A stretch of 59,814 bases of DNA, counting the filler. It is 3 parts of 3 records of this genome, joined end to end, with 100 filler letters (N's around TTAATTAATTAA, not from the genome) between each part and the next. Parts side by side here need not be neighbours in the genome. Positions count along the whole stretch, not along the records: positions 29,308 to 48,362 come from SRR22947725_2178; 2 more parts are not named here. The stretch is one strand, 5' to 3'. Shown here piece by piece: positions 36,701-46,142 of this stretch (position 1 is its first letter; each line of letters starts with the position of its first letter). The position numbers were made by a program, and so were the translations under genes. The notes under the pieces are model-generated. The model saw only the letters and a program-made list of their open reading frames with translations. It did not search any database and was not told where the DNA came from.

Positions 36701-37178
36701 GCTTCCCTCAATTGATCCGTTATTGCGGCGTGACCGCGCTATAAAGATTGCTGGCCAAAGCCGTGATGTGCCTGACGCAATGGTAGCAGGCCTTATCGAC
36801 AAGCTGTTGACGCTGATTGATCTGCCCGCATTTGCCCCGCTTTTTGGCAAGGATGCGTTGGTTGAGGTTCCGATTAACGGGCGCTTGAATGGCATTGGCA
36901 TCGCTGGCCAGATTGACCGGCTGTTTGTCGATGACAAGCTCATTATTCTGGCTGATTTCAAAACGGGTCGGCCACGCGAAAATGCGATACCGCGAAACTA
37001 TCTTCATCAAATGGCGCTTTATGACGGCCTTCTTCAGAAAATTTATCCCGGGCGAGACATTGATTGTTGGCTTGTTTGGATTGACACGCTTGAATATCAG
37101 CCGATTGATCGTGACGCTAGAAAGCAGGCACTGGCTGATATTTTTGCCGCTTATGACTCTTTGCGCTCGTCAAAATAG
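33786..37178 (+). CDS. addA: Double-strand break repair helicase/nuclease AddA (start could be 33780)
   Basis: ANAGTGKT, IDEAQD, MTIHGAKGLE, YVAMTRA, GQIDRL..DFKTG. Confidence 0.96.
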   Translation: MNEMIARASAAQAKASDPAASVFVSANAGTGKTKLLTDRVLRLLLSGAPADGILCVTYTRAAAAEMRNRIFKRLANWATIPAKALGEDLENMGIVTPSQDMRRRARSLFAEILDNDDGPRVETVHSFCQSILRRFPIEAGVAPHVQLADDDEQSRLKAMARANILYHPSPELAASVLLIAEAVSEGRADEIVDYFVNRAEGLESPDCLARIESHFRDDLGVVSAAHERDVVMARLDSIQDERLRSVSVALQASGSKTQIDRGAKMDVWLAQTGDGRIEKLSFLVDALFSAGKARKQLSNAYLRETVPQIDAIQKQVIEIIKPLLFGQAAQICRDRTMALYRFGMAFNQEYSRLKTQRALLDYNDLIIRTNNLLAASEAAQWVAWKLDNGIQHLLIDEAQDTSPAQWKLLRRLVDEFFDGEGASFYIASGATSLPRTMFAVGDFKQSIYSFQGADPLVMNQNRSELSSRAKAIQADFRDVPLSVSFRSASPILDLVNKTIPDLGGIDDFTIHEMARSGAGGFVELWPVVKGNDDFGAEIIAATQLARRVKSWIGNRRLPSGNLVGAGDILILLRKRGRFFELLLSALQIANVQVAGADRMRLAEQIEIQDLLALGDVMHLADDDLQLAAVLKSPLFGMNEDQLYELAYDRGKASLMSRLMVHRGADGDLGKMADQLARWQSCAEYESVFGFFSFVLVDGGRQKFRDRLGRAVDESLDHFLNLAQNFALGGGVSLLEFLTSIRSSGGEVKRDMDASGTDEVRIMTIHGAKGLEAPIVILPDMLASRGKSEPVLPAVDGSVHYWLPPSDLARPAFVEQAREAAATLRTEESNRLLYVAMTRARDGLVIGGWEKPHGVRRLDGSDYALLSRVIKATETAIEHDDGTVSITAEQTATIDKDQDKEPKLPPKKLVDDTADWLLRPAPIDDKSGRPIRPSQPGLDHDPQSLAASAAKQNSQNRHIGLAYGKLAHRLLEQLPSIDPLLRRDRAIKIAGQSRDVPDAMVAGLIDKLLTLIDLPAFAPLFGKDALVEVPINGRLNGIGIAGQIDRLFVDDKLIILADFKTGRPRENAIPRNYLHQMALYDGLLQKIYPGRDIDCWLVWIDTLEYQPIDRDARKQALADIFAAYDSLRSSK

Positions 37179-37288
37179 ATAAATATTCCTGACGCCAAGC
37201 TTGACGCGGCAGCAGCCAAACCATAAATTTAAATCCGAGAGCGCAGCGGCACATACGCCGCAGATTTTTACGATGAAATGGAATCATA

Positions 37289-37609
37289 ATGGCAACGTCA
37301 AAAACCACGGATAGCGATTTTACCGCAGATGTTCTGCAATCAGACAAACCTGTGTTGGTTGATTTCTGGGCTGAATGGTGTGGCCCATGCAAGGCGATTG
37401 GCCCTGCGCTTGAGGAAATTGCTGGTGAAAAGCTAGGCAGCCTGTCAATCGTCAAGCTGAATATCGACGAAAACCCACTAACGCCGCAGAAATATAATGT
37501 TCGCGGTATTCCAACATTGCTGATTTTCAAAAATGGCGAAGTCGTTGCTGAAAAAATGGGTGCCTTGCCAAAATCGCAGCTGGAAAGCTGGATTGATCAA
37601 TCAGTCTAA
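37289..37609 (+). CDS. trxA: Thioredoxin
   Basis: WCGPC motif; follows addA. Confidence 0.98.
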   Translation: MATSKTTDSDFTADVLQSDKPVLVDFWAEWCGPCKAIGPALEEIAGEKLGSLSIVKLNIDENPLTPQKYNVRGIPTLLIFKNGEVVAEKMGALPKSQLESWIDQSV

Positions 37610-37644
37610 CGCCAATTTACATAAAGATGATGTGAAACGCTGTC

Positions 37645-38976
37645 CTAGTCGGGCAGCGTTTTATTTTGCACAAGAACATGACCGGCAAGATATAGCGAGC
37701 CGCAAATAATAACCGGATAGGTGGGGTCTAGCTGGTCAAATGCCGTTATGATGCTTGTTGCGGCGGTGGCGTCCAGACCCTGTGCCAAGGCGGCAGCGGT
37801 CATGTCGGCAGCGCTTAGGCTGGCTGGTTGGTCAGGGATGGCAAGACAGCGAACCGATCCGGCAAGGGGGGCAAGTGGCGCTAGAAATTCAGCCGGATCA
37901 CGCGTGTTTAGCGTGCCGCAAATAATATTCCATTTACCATCATCAATTTGACCAAGTGTTTTGGCCAAAGCCCGCGCCCCATGGGCATTATGCGCGCCAT
38001 CAAGCCAGATTGGGCGATGTGGCCATAATTCTGCCAACAGGCCGCCATATAATGGCTGAACGCGCCCGGGCCAAATAGCCGATTTAATGCCGCTGGCAAA
38101 CGCATTTGCCGCTTGGGCCTGGCCGCATGATGGCAATCGGTTTTTTGCCGCAAGATCAAAAAGGCAAGCCGCTGCCAGCCCAGCATTATCAAGCTGATGC
38201 GCGCCACGTAGCCCCGGTGCCGGAAGCAAGAAATCTTCGCCTGCACAAGATAGGTGAATGCCGCCATCATCGGTTTCGGCCAGATGGAAATCACGACCAG
38301 CGACCTGCAGTGACGCGCCGATATTTTCAGCATGCGCAATCAGAACATGCATGGCCTCAGCCTGTTGATCGGCGCAGTAACAGGCTGTTTGCGCCCGCAT
38401 GATTCCGGCCTTTTGACTGGCAATCTGGCCTAAGTCAGTGCCAAGAAAATGCTCGTGATCTTGGGCAATCGGGGTGATAATTGTGGCAAGCGGCGTTGTT
38501 AATACATTGGTCGAGTCAAGCGCGCCACCAAGCCCAGTTTCCAAAAGCAATAAATCGGCTGGTACCCGCGAAAATGCCAGCATTGCGGCCGCCGTGGTGA
38601 CTTCGAAAAAGGTCACGGCCATGTCGCCATTGGCGGTTTCGACGTCTTCCAGTAAATCGGCAAGCCCGCCATCGTCGATCAGCCGTCCGGCAAGCCGGAT
38701 ACGTTCATTAAACCGGCATAGATGCGGCGAGCTATAGACATGAACCTTAAGGCCGGCTTCTTCAGCCATCGCTCTTAGAAACGCAATTGTTGAGCCTTTG
38801 CCATTCGTGCCAGCAACATGGATTGTTGGCGGCAAATGATGATGTGGATTGCCAAGCTTTTCCAGTAAGGCAAAGCTGCGATCAAGCCCAAGATCAATTA
38901 ATTTTGGATGTAGCCATGCCAGCCGGTCAAGCGCCGCTGCGGCGCGGTCGGCTGCGGCCATTGCTGCCGGTGGCAT
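37645..38976 (-). CDS. folC: Folylpolyglutamate synthase/dihydrofolate synthase
   Basis: HVAGTNGKGS, ETGLGGALDSTN, DGAHN, GSLYLAG. Confidence 0.96.
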   Translation of the reverse strand: MPPAAMAAADRAAAALDRLAWLHPKLIDLGLDRSFALLEKLGNPHHHLPPTIHVAGTNGKGSTIAFLRAMAEEAGLKVHVYSSPHLCRFNERIRLAGRLIDDGGLADLLEDVETANGDMAVTFFEVTTAAAMLAFSRVPADLLLLETGLGGALDSTNVLTTPLATIITPIAQDHEHFLGTDLGQIASQKAGIMRAQTACYCADQQAEAMHVLIAHAENIGASLQVAGRDFHLAETDDGGIHLSCAGEDFLLPAPGLRGAHQLDNAGLAAACLFDLAAKNRLPSCGQAQAANAFASGIKSAIWPGRVQPLYGGLLAELWPHRPIWLDGAHNAHGARALAKTLGQIDDGKWNIICGTLNTRDPAEFLAPLAPLAGSVRCLAIPDQPASLSAADMTAAALAQGLDATAATSIITAFDQLDPTYPVIICGSLYLAGHVLVQNKTLPD

Positions 38977-39845
38977 TAGGCGCGCTTTCTGCTGTCTTTC
39001 GATCCCATCATGAAATCCAGAAGCCTGCCAATATATTCAGGCTGTTCGGTGCGCGGTACAACGGCATCGACCATACCGTGATCCATCAGATATTCGGCTG
39101 TCTGGAAATCTTCAGGCAGTTTTTCACGAACCGTTTCTTCGATTACACGGCGACCGGCAAAACCAATAATGGCACCAGGCTCGGCAATCTGAATATCGCC
39201 AAGCATGGCAAATGAAGCCGTTACACCGCCGGTTGTTGGATGCGCCAATAAGACAAAATAGGGAAGGCCTGCATCACGAACCAGCTCAACAGCGGCGATG
39301 GTGCGTGGTAATTGCATAAGTGATAACACGCCTTCTTGCATACGTGCACCGCCGGTTGATGGCACGGTGATCAGCGCGCCCTTGCGGGCAACTGCTTCTT
39401 TTGCAGCGCGAACAATGCCATTGCCAACCATGCGTCCCATTGATCCGCCCATGAAACGGAAATCAAATGCGGCGATCACGCAAGAATATCCATTGATTTG
39501 CCCTGCCCCAACGGCAATCGCGTCATTTAAGCCGGTTTTGTTGCGCGTGTCGCGAAGCCGGTCAGTATATTTTTTGCTATCGCGGAATTTCAAAGGATCA
39601 TCTTCAATCGGCGAAAGCGAGATCACATCATATTTGCCACCGTCAAATAACATGGCAAAACGGTGTTCGGGCGGAAGTGGGGCATGATGACCGCATGTGG
39701 CGCAACAGTTAAATGCCTGTTCATATTCACGATGAAAAATCATCTGGCTACAGGCACTGCATTTGATCCACAGATTATCCGGCACATCATCGGCCTGAAC
39801 CCATGCCTTGATTTTGGGAAGGACAGAATTTGTAATCCAATTCAT
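38976..39845 (-). CDS. accD: Acetyl-CoA carboxylase carboxyltransferase beta subunit
   Basis: Start MNWITN at 39845 with RBS; CxxC...CxxC finger; FMGGSMG, GGARMQEG. Confidence 0.97.
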   Translation of the reverse strand: MNWITNSVLPKIKAWVQADDVPDNLWIKCSACSQMIFHREYEQAFNCCATCGHHAPLPPEHRFAMLFDGGKYDVISLSPIEDDPLKFRDSKKYTDRLRDTRNKTGLNDAIAVGAGQINGYSCVIAAFDFRFMGGSMGRMVGNGIVRAAKEAVARKGALITVPSTGGARMQEGVLSLMQLPRTIAAVELVRDAGLPYFVLLAHPTTGGVTASFAMLGDIQIAEPGAIIGFAGRRVIEETVREKLPEDFQTAEYLMDHGMVDAVVPRTEQPEYIGRLLDFMMGSKDSRKRA

Positions 39846-39855
39846 TAAAATCTCC

Positions 39856-40689
39856 CTATGCGCGTATGGCGGAACTAAGCTCGCCGACAAATGCGGCAAC
39901 TTTACGGACAATCGCCGCACGGTTTTCAGCCGCATCTGGGCTTGATGGCTTTGCCACGCCATCAGCAATGATATCAACAACGGCAGAGCCGACAACTGCG
40001 CCGTCACTTAAACGTGCTGATTCGGCAGCCTGTTCGGGGGTGCGGATGCCAAATCCGGTTACAATCGGAAGATCGGTTTGTTTGCGGATGCGCTGATAGG
40101 CATCGGAAATGCTGGTCGCCGCAGCGCTTGCCATGCCGGTAATGCCGGTAACCGAGACATAATAAACAAATCCGCTGGCCTGTGCCAAAATGGCTGGCAA
40201 ACGCTGATCATGGCTTGTCGGGGTGATTAGCCGAACAACATTCAAACCAGCATCGCGTGCCGGAATGCAAAGTTCTGAATCTTCTTCTGGTGGCAAATCA
40301 ACGATGATCAACCCATCAACACCAGCCGCCACTGAATCTGCAATGAACCGGTCATTGCCATAGATATAGATCGGGTTGTAATAGCCCATCAGAACAAGCG
40401 GCATATCAGGGTGCCGTTGGCGAAAATTACGCGCAATTTCAAGTGTTGTGGTTAGGGTCATGCCGCTCTTTAACGCTCTAAGTGACGCTGCCTGAATGGC
40501 GGGGCCATCGGCCATTGGGTCGGAAAAAGGCATGCCAAGTTCGATAAAATCAACACCAGCGTCAACCAGCCCGTCGAGCAAGGCTTCAGTGGTGGTGGCG
40601 TCAGGATCGCCAGCGGTAATAAAAACGCCCAAGCTGCCGCGATTTTCGGCTTTGGCCTTTGCAAATGCGGTATCGATGCGACCTGCCAT
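39856..40689 (-). CDS. trpA: Tryptophan synthase alpha chain
   Basis: [27 protein letters not shown]. Confidence 0.98.
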   Translation of the reverse strand: MAGRIDTAFAKAKAENRGSLGVFITAGDPDATTTEALLDGLVDAGVDFIELGMPFSDPMADGPAIQAASLRALKSGMTLTTTLEIARNFRQRHPDMPLVLMGYYNPIYIYGNDRFIADSVAAGVDGLIIVDLPPEEDSELCIPARDAGLNVVRLITPTSHDQRLPAILAQASGFVYYVSVTGITGMASAAATSISDAYQRIRKQTDLPIVTGFGIRTPEQAAESARLSDGAVVGSAVVDIIADGVAKPSSPDAAENRAAIVRKVAAFVGELSSAIRA

Positions 40690-40723
40690 AATTAACTCTT
40701 TTCCAATCTAAATGGGCTTTGGC

Positions 40724-41947
40724 TTACATCCAGCCAAGTTTTTCAAAAACCGGAAGAACTGCGCCCAAATCCTTGTCGCCGCGGCCACACATGTTCAAAA
40801 TGACAATATCATCAGAATCCATATCTCCAATGACGGTGCTAAGATAGGCCAGTGCATGTGATGGTTCGAGCGCCGGAATGATGCCTTCAAGACGCGCACA
40901 AAGCTGAAAAGCGACAAGCGCTTCTTCATCGGTGGCACTGACATAATTGACGCGGCCAATATCATGAAGCCATGAATGTTCAGGGCCGATTCCCGGATAA
41001 TCCAGACCAGCCGAAATCGAATGGGCATCGGTGATTTGCCCATCATCATTTTGCAAAAGATAGGTTCGGTTGCCATGCAAGATGCCCGGTGTTCCGCCGG
41101 TAAGTGACGCAGCATGAAGGCCGCTGCCAAGACCTTTGCCTGCAGCTTCGACACCATAGATGGCCACATCCGTATCATCAAGAAACGGATAGAAAAGCCC
41201 AATCGCATTTGACCCGCCACCGATACAGGCGACAAGCGCATTTGGCAGGCGGCCTTCGGCTTCGAGAATTTGTTCGCGCGCCTCGGTGCCGATAACTGAT
41301 TGGAAATCGCGCACCATTTGCGGATAGGGGTGTGGGCCTGCGGCGGTGCCGATAATGTAAAAATGCGTTTCGGCATTGGTAACCCAATAGCGAAGCGCCT
41401 CATTCATTGCGTCTTTAAGCGTGCCGGTGCCTGATGTGACAGGGTGGATTTTGGCACCAAGAAGACGCATCCGGTCGACATTCGGCTTTTGCCGTTCAAC
41501 ATCTTCAGCGCCCATAAAGACTTCGCATTCCATATTGAAAAGCGCGCAGGCTGTTGCTGTGGCAACGCCATGCTGGCCAGCGCCAGTTTCGGCAATGATT
41601 TTGGTTTTGCCCATGCGTTTGGCGAGAAGTGCCTGACCCAAAACATTGTTGATCTTGTGCGCGCCAGTATGGTTCAGCTCATCACGTTTTAGATATAGCT
41701 TGGCACCACCAAAATGCGTGGTCATGCGCTCGGCAAAATAGAGGGGACTTGGGCGACCAATATAATGCTTTTGGTAATAGTACATTTCACGCTGAAATGA
41801 TTTATCGGCGCTGGCTTCTTTATAGGCTTTTTCGACATTCAAAATCAGCGGCATCAGCGTTTCAGCGACAAAGCGGCCACCATGAATGCCAAAGCGGCCA
41901 GCCTCATCGGGCTGGTTGCGGAATGTGTTAAGGTTTGTTTTGCTCAT
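40724..41947 (-). CDS. trpB: Tryptophan synthase beta chain
   Basis: [31 protein letters not shown]. Confidence 0.98.
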   Translation of the reverse strand: MSKTNLNTFRNQPDEAGRFGIHGGRFVAETLMPLILNVEKAYKEASADKSFQREMYYYQKHYIGRPSPLYFAERMTTHFGGAKLYLKRDELNHTGAHKINNVLGQALLAKRMGKTKIIAETGAGQHGVATATACALFNMECEVFMGAEDVERQKPNVDRMRLLGAKIHPVTSGTGTLKDAMNEALRYWVTNAETHFYIIGTAAGPHPYPQMVRDFQSVIGTEAREQILEAEGRLPNALVACIGGGSNAIGLFYPFLDDTDVAIYGVEAAGKGLGSGLHAASLTGGTPGILHGNRTYLLQNDDGQITDAHSISAGLDYPGIGPEHSWLHDIGRVNYVSATDEEALVAFQLCARLEGIIPALEPSHALAYLSTVIGDMDSDDIVILNMCGRGDKDLGAVLPVFEKLGWM

Positions 41948-42001
41948 CAAAAGCTCTCATCCTGTAAAGTCGGTGAAATCGACGCGGCCGCCAGAATTGT
42001 T

Positions 42002-42652
42002 TTAGCCTAATTGGGTCGCCCGAATAAAGGCATGAATCTCTTCTGCGTCCTTTTTTCCGGGGTATGATTCAACACCCGATGACACATCCAGCGCCTTCGC
42101 CGCGCTAATCTTGATTGCATTTGCCACATTATGGCGGTCAAGCCCACCTGCCAACATCCATGGTAACTGCCCGCGATAATTGGCAAGGATTGTCCAATCA
42201 AACTGATGGCCGGTACCGCCGGGCTGCGATCCGGCTTTGACCTTGGCGTCAAACAGCAACCAATCGGCAAGATTATCCCATTTGGCGCATTGATCAAGGT
42301 CGGCCGCTGTTTCAACGGCAATTGCCTTGATTACCGGTAAACCGGTGCGGGCTTTGATATCGTCAACATCCTGACAGGTTTCTTTGCCATGAAGCTGCAG
42401 CATATCTGGCCGCGCCGCCTCGATGATTGGCATAAGCTTTTCCCCAACGATATCAACGCTTAGCAAAACGCGTTCAGGCGCGTCAGAACCAAGAGAGTCG
42501 GCGCAATCTGCCAATGCTGCTAGGCCAGCTAGATCAAGATGGCGTGATGATCCGGGGTAATAGACCATGCCTGTCCAGCGCGCACCGGCATCGCGGCAAA
42601 TGATATAATCATTCGCCGTTGATATGCCGCAGATTTTAACCTCGGGCGCCAT
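42002..42652 (-). CDS. trpF: Phosphoribosylanthranilate isomerase
   Basis: VKICGI, QLHGKE, GGTG..FDW, LAGGL, DVSSGVE. Confidence 0.96.
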   Translation of the reverse strand: MAPEVKICGISTANDYIICRDAGARWTGMVYYPGSSRHLDLAGLAALADCADSLGSDAPERVLLSVDIVGEKLMPIIEAARPDMLQLHGKETCQDVDDIKARTGLPVIKAIAVETAADLDQCAKWDNLADWLLFDAKVKAGSQPGGTGHQFDWTILANYRGQLPWMLAGGLDRHNVANAIKISAAKALDVSSGVESYPGKKDAEEIHAFIRATQLG

Positions 42653-42713
42653 GGGCAATCCTTATGCTTGATGGGTCTTCAATTCAGACTCGATAATGGA
42701 GTTCGGCGCTTGC

Positions 42714-43046
42714 TTAACCTAGCCGCCGAGCGGTGGTCAATTGATTTGATGCGGCCGGTTCGGCTGTCATTTTACCGGTTTTTGCCTGCAATTTGTTGAA
42801 ACGCCCCTCAAGACGCCACAGCTTTGCCCGAATCGCCAGCCATTGCCCCCAGAGTAAAATAGCACTCAGCAATCCGCCAATGATAAAGCTGGATAGAATC
42901 AACAGCCAAACTGGCGCGGTTAGCACGCTGTCAAATGGCCAAAGATAAAGCGTGATAAGCGTTTTATTCGATGTGGCAAACACAATGGCAAACATAACCA
43001 AGAACAAGGTAATGCTCAGCCATAAAAGGCGGCCTAATATTCGCAT
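42714..43046 (-). CDS. LapA/DUF1049-family membrane protein
   Basis: Two hydrophobic helices, FA..N...TL.LWP motif; follows ihfB. Confidence 0.8.
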   Translation of the reverse strand: MRILGRLLWLSITLFLVMFAIVFATSNKTLITLYLWPFDSVLTAPVWLLILSSFIIGGLLSAILLWGQWLAIRAKLWRLEGRFNKLQAKTGKMTAEPAASNQLTTARRLG

Positions 43047-43058
43047 AATTTGATCCGT

Positions 43059-43337
43059 CTAGCGGTTTAACCTCTCACGCATGCCTTTGCCCATTTTGAA
43101 AAATGGCACTTTCTTTTCAGATACTTCTACACTTGTTCCGGTTCTTGGATTGCGCCCAAGGCGGGATTTGCGCTCGCGCACTGAAAAGGCGCCAAACCCA
43201 CGAAGCTCAACCCTGTTACCACGTTCAAGCGCGCCGCCGATTTCATCAAGGATTGTTCCAACCAGCCGCTCAATATCACGGTGGTAAAGTGCTGGATTCC
43301 TAGCCGCTAATTTCGCGATAAGTTCTGACCGTGTCAC
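43059..43337 (-). CDS. ihfB: Integration host factor beta subunit
   Basis: [18 protein letters not shown]; downstream of rpsA. Confidence 0.96.
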   Translation of the reverse strand: MTRSELIAKLAARNPALYHRDIERLVGTILDEIGGALERGNRVELRGFGAFSVRERKSRLGRNPRTGTSVEVSEKKVPFFKMGKGMRERLNR

Positions 43338-43471
43338 AGAGTTCGCTCCCTTAATTCTTGTGTTCTAAAACTTTAAGTTAGGATGCCTGTTTGCAAATGG
43401 CGGGTCAACTTAGAATTGATTTCTAACGTTAATAAGAATGATAAAATTCATTAACATAGCCAAGCCAGCCA

Positions 43472-43507
43472 TAAAAAACGCCAGCCGATGGATGCATCGG
43501 CTGGCGT
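43472..43507 (-). terminator. Rho-independent terminator after rpsA
   Basis: 13-bp stem ACGCCAGCCGATG/CATCGGCTGGCGT followed by a T-run on the minus strand. Confidence 0.85.
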
Positions 43508-43538
43508 GAAGGTAGACAGATTGGCGAGTGTGCCAGCC

Positions 43539-45254
43539 TTACTTTTCGTCGTTTGTGTCTTTCTTGGCAAGAGCGGCGCCAAGTATATCACCGAGGCTGG
43601 CGCCGCTGTCTGATGAGCCAAACTCGGCCATGGCCTGCTTTTCTTCGGCAGATTCGCGCGCCTTGATCGACAGTGACAATTTGCGGGTTTTCTTGTCAAC
43701 ACTGGTGACGATGGCATCAACTTTTTCACCAACAGCAAACCGGTCAGCGCGCTGTTCAGCACGATCACGGCTAAGATCAGTCCGGCGGATAAAGCCAGTC
43801 ATGTTCTCACCGATGGTAACGTCGATGCCGTTGTCTGTTACCGCGCTGACGGTACAGGTTACGACTTCGCCTTTGCGATAGGCATCAGCCTGACCCGCAA
43901 ATGGATCGTCAGTTAGCTGTTTGATGCCAAGTGATATACGCTCTTTATTGACGTCGATATCAAGGACTTTTGCCTTAACCATGTCGCCTTTGGTAAAACC
44001 TTCAAGGGCTTCTTCGCCATCGTTTTCCCAGCTGATATCTGACAGGTGAACAAGACCGTCAATATCGTCATTCAGGCCAACAAACAGACCAAATTCGGTG
44101 ATGTTCCGGATTTCGCCGTCGATCTCGGTGCCAACTGGATAGGTGGCGCTAAGGTCTTCCCAAGGATTGGTTGTGCATTGCTTGAGGCCAAGTGAAATAC
44201 GGCGCTTTGACAGATCAACGTCAAGAACCATAACTTCGACTTGCTGACTGGTTGAAACGATTTTGCCAGGATGAACATTCTTCTTTGTCCAGCTCATCTC
44301 AGATACATGGACAAGACCTTCGACACCGGCTTCCAGCTCAACAAATGCGCCGTAATCGGTGATGTTGGTAACGCGGCCTTCCATTTTCGCCCCAATCGGG
44401 AATTTGCCTTCGACATTTTCCCATGGATCTGACAGCAGCTGCTTCATGCCAAGCGAGATACGCTGGGTTTCAGCATTAAAGCGAATGACCTGAACTTCAA
44501 CAGTTTCACCAATTTGCAGTGCTTCAGATGGATGGCTGATGCGCTGCCATGCAATGTCGGTGACATGCAACAAGCCGTCAACACCGCCAAGATCGACAAA
44601 GGCGCCGTAATCGGTGATGTTCTTGACCACACCTTGAAGAACCTGACCTTCTTGCAGATTAGAGACAAGCTCTGATCTTGCTTCGGCGCGTGATTCTTCC
44701 AGAACGGCGCGGCGTGAAACAACAATATTGCCACGACGACGGTCGATTTTCAGAATTTGGAATGGCTGTGGTGTTCCCATCAATGGGCCAAGATCGCGAA
44801 CAGGGCGAATATCGACCTGACTTCCTGGCAAAAAGGCTGTTGCCCCTGACAGATCGACAGTGAAACCGCCTTTAACCTTGCCAAAGATAACTCCGGTAAC
44901 GCGCTCTTGCTTTTCAAATGATGCTTCGAGAACGCCCCATGCTTCTTCGCGGCGGGCTTTATCGCGGCTTAATACGGCCTGACCATTACGGTCTTCCATA
45001 CGCTCGACGTAAACCTCAATCTCATCGCCGATTGAAACATCGGCTTGTTGTCCGGGGGCGGCAAGTTCCTTTAGCGGAACGCGGCCTTCAGATTTCAAGC
45101 CAACATCAATGATGACAGCGTCACCTTCGATGCCGATAACAAAGCCGCGGACAACACTGCCCTCAACATGCGTGCCTTCACCAAAGCTTTCAGCTAAAAG
45201 ATCGGCAAAGTTCTCAGTGGCAGCGTCGGCTGCCGAATTCGTTGTAGATGTCAA
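43539..45254 (-). CDS. rpsA: 30S ribosomal protein S1
   Basis: Six S1 repeats (YGAFVDLG, GLLHVTDI, GLVHVSEM); likely TTG start at 45254 after GGAG. Confidence 0.98.
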   Translation of the reverse strand: MTSTTNSAADAATENFADLLAESFGEGTHVEGSVVRGFVIGIEGDAVIIDVGLKSEGRVPLKELAAPGQQADVSIGDEIEVYVERMEDRNGQAVLSRDKARREEAWGVLEASFEKQERVTGVIFGKVKGGFTVDLSGATAFLPGSQVDIRPVRDLGPLMGTPQPFQILKIDRRRGNIVVSRRAVLEESRAEARSELVSNLQEGQVLQGVVKNITDYGAFVDLGGVDGLLHVTDIAWQRISHPSEALQIGETVEVQVIRFNAETQRISLGMKQLLSDPWENVEGKFPIGAKMEGRVTNITDYGAFVELEAGVEGLVHVSEMSWTKKNVHPGKIVSTSQQVEVMVLDVDLSKRRISLGLKQCTTNPWEDLSATYPVGTEIDGEIRNITEFGLFVGLNDDIDGLVHLSDISWENDGEEALEGFTKGDMVKAKVLDIDVNKERISLGIKQLTDDPFAGQADAYRKGEVVTCTVSAVTDNGIDVTIGENMTGFIRRTDLSRDRAEQRADRFAVGEKVDAIVTSVDKKTRKLSLSIKARESAEEKQAMAEFGSSDSGASLGDILGAALAKKDTNDEK

Positions 45255-45497
45255 AAAAATCTCCGTTTTGTCGCTATTTCGATTGGGGGTGCAATACCCC
45301 CCTAAAAGGATCAAAATATATGTGCCTCAGCCGGCATGAGGGCCGCATTGAACGAACGGTAACCAAATTATTTTGCCTTGTTTTGGCAATATAGCCTGGT
45401 TCCAAGCGGGTTTTTTGGCGACCAGTTTGTTTCGCCGGCAGTCAGTTAATCAAAAATATGAACCGGAAATGTTCGTATGATCTCCGGTTCGGGCTCA

Positions 45498-46142
45498 TTA
45501 TTCTGATGGGCCGACACGATCAATATGTGACAGGGCTAGAGCTAGAACCGCCGCCGCATCCGTTTTGGATGTGTCGATGATAATTGCGTCATCTGCGGCC
45601 TTTAATGGAGCCACTGATCTAGTCCTGTCCCGATCATCACGCGCCTTCATATCCGCCAGAACGTCGCGGAACATAACCGATTGTCCTGCCTGAAGCAACT
45701 CTTTGGTGCGGCGCTCGGCGCGAATATCAAGATCGGCATCAATGAAGAATTTTATATCGGCGTTGGGAAGCACGATCGTGCCAATGTCACGACCATCAAG
45801 AACCGCCCCTTTGCCCGATGGTGGTGCCGCGGCAAAGGATCGCTGAAGCGCCAGCAATTCAGCCCGAACGGGGCTAATGGCGGCCACAATTGACGCAAGG
45901 ACAGCCACTTTATCGGTGCGTATTTCAGCCGTTTGCGTTAGCGAAAGATCAAGTGTAGATGTAGCGTTAAAAGCCTGTTTTTCATCAATATTATTGCTAT
46001 TTACGCCAGCGTTTAACAGGCTAAGGGCAACCGCACGATACAGCGCCCCCGTATCCAGATAATCATAGCCGAATTCGGCTGCTACCCGTTTGGCAAGCGT
46101 GCCTTTGCCGCTGGCAGCCGACCCATCAATGGCGATAATCAC
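45498..46142 (-). CDS. cmk: Cytidylate kinase
   Basis: IAIDGSAASGKGT, LDTGALYR, DGRDIGT. Confidence 0.97.
   Translation of the reverse strand: MIIAIDGSAASGKGTLAKRVAAEFGYDYLDTGALYRAVALSLLNAGVNSNNIDEKQAFNATSTLDLSLTQTAEIRTDKVAVLASIVAAISPVRAELLALQRSFAAAPPSGKGAVLDGRDIGTIVLPNADIKFFIDADLDIRAERRTKELLQAGQSVMFRDVLADMKARDDRDRTRSVAPLKAADDAIIIDTSKTDAAAVLALALSHIDRVGPSE

Noticed and set aside
39846-40007. N-terminal extension of accD in the ORF track (likewise rpsA 45255-45314)
   Set aside because: The accD extension overlaps trpA; better starts with RBS lie at 39845 and 45254
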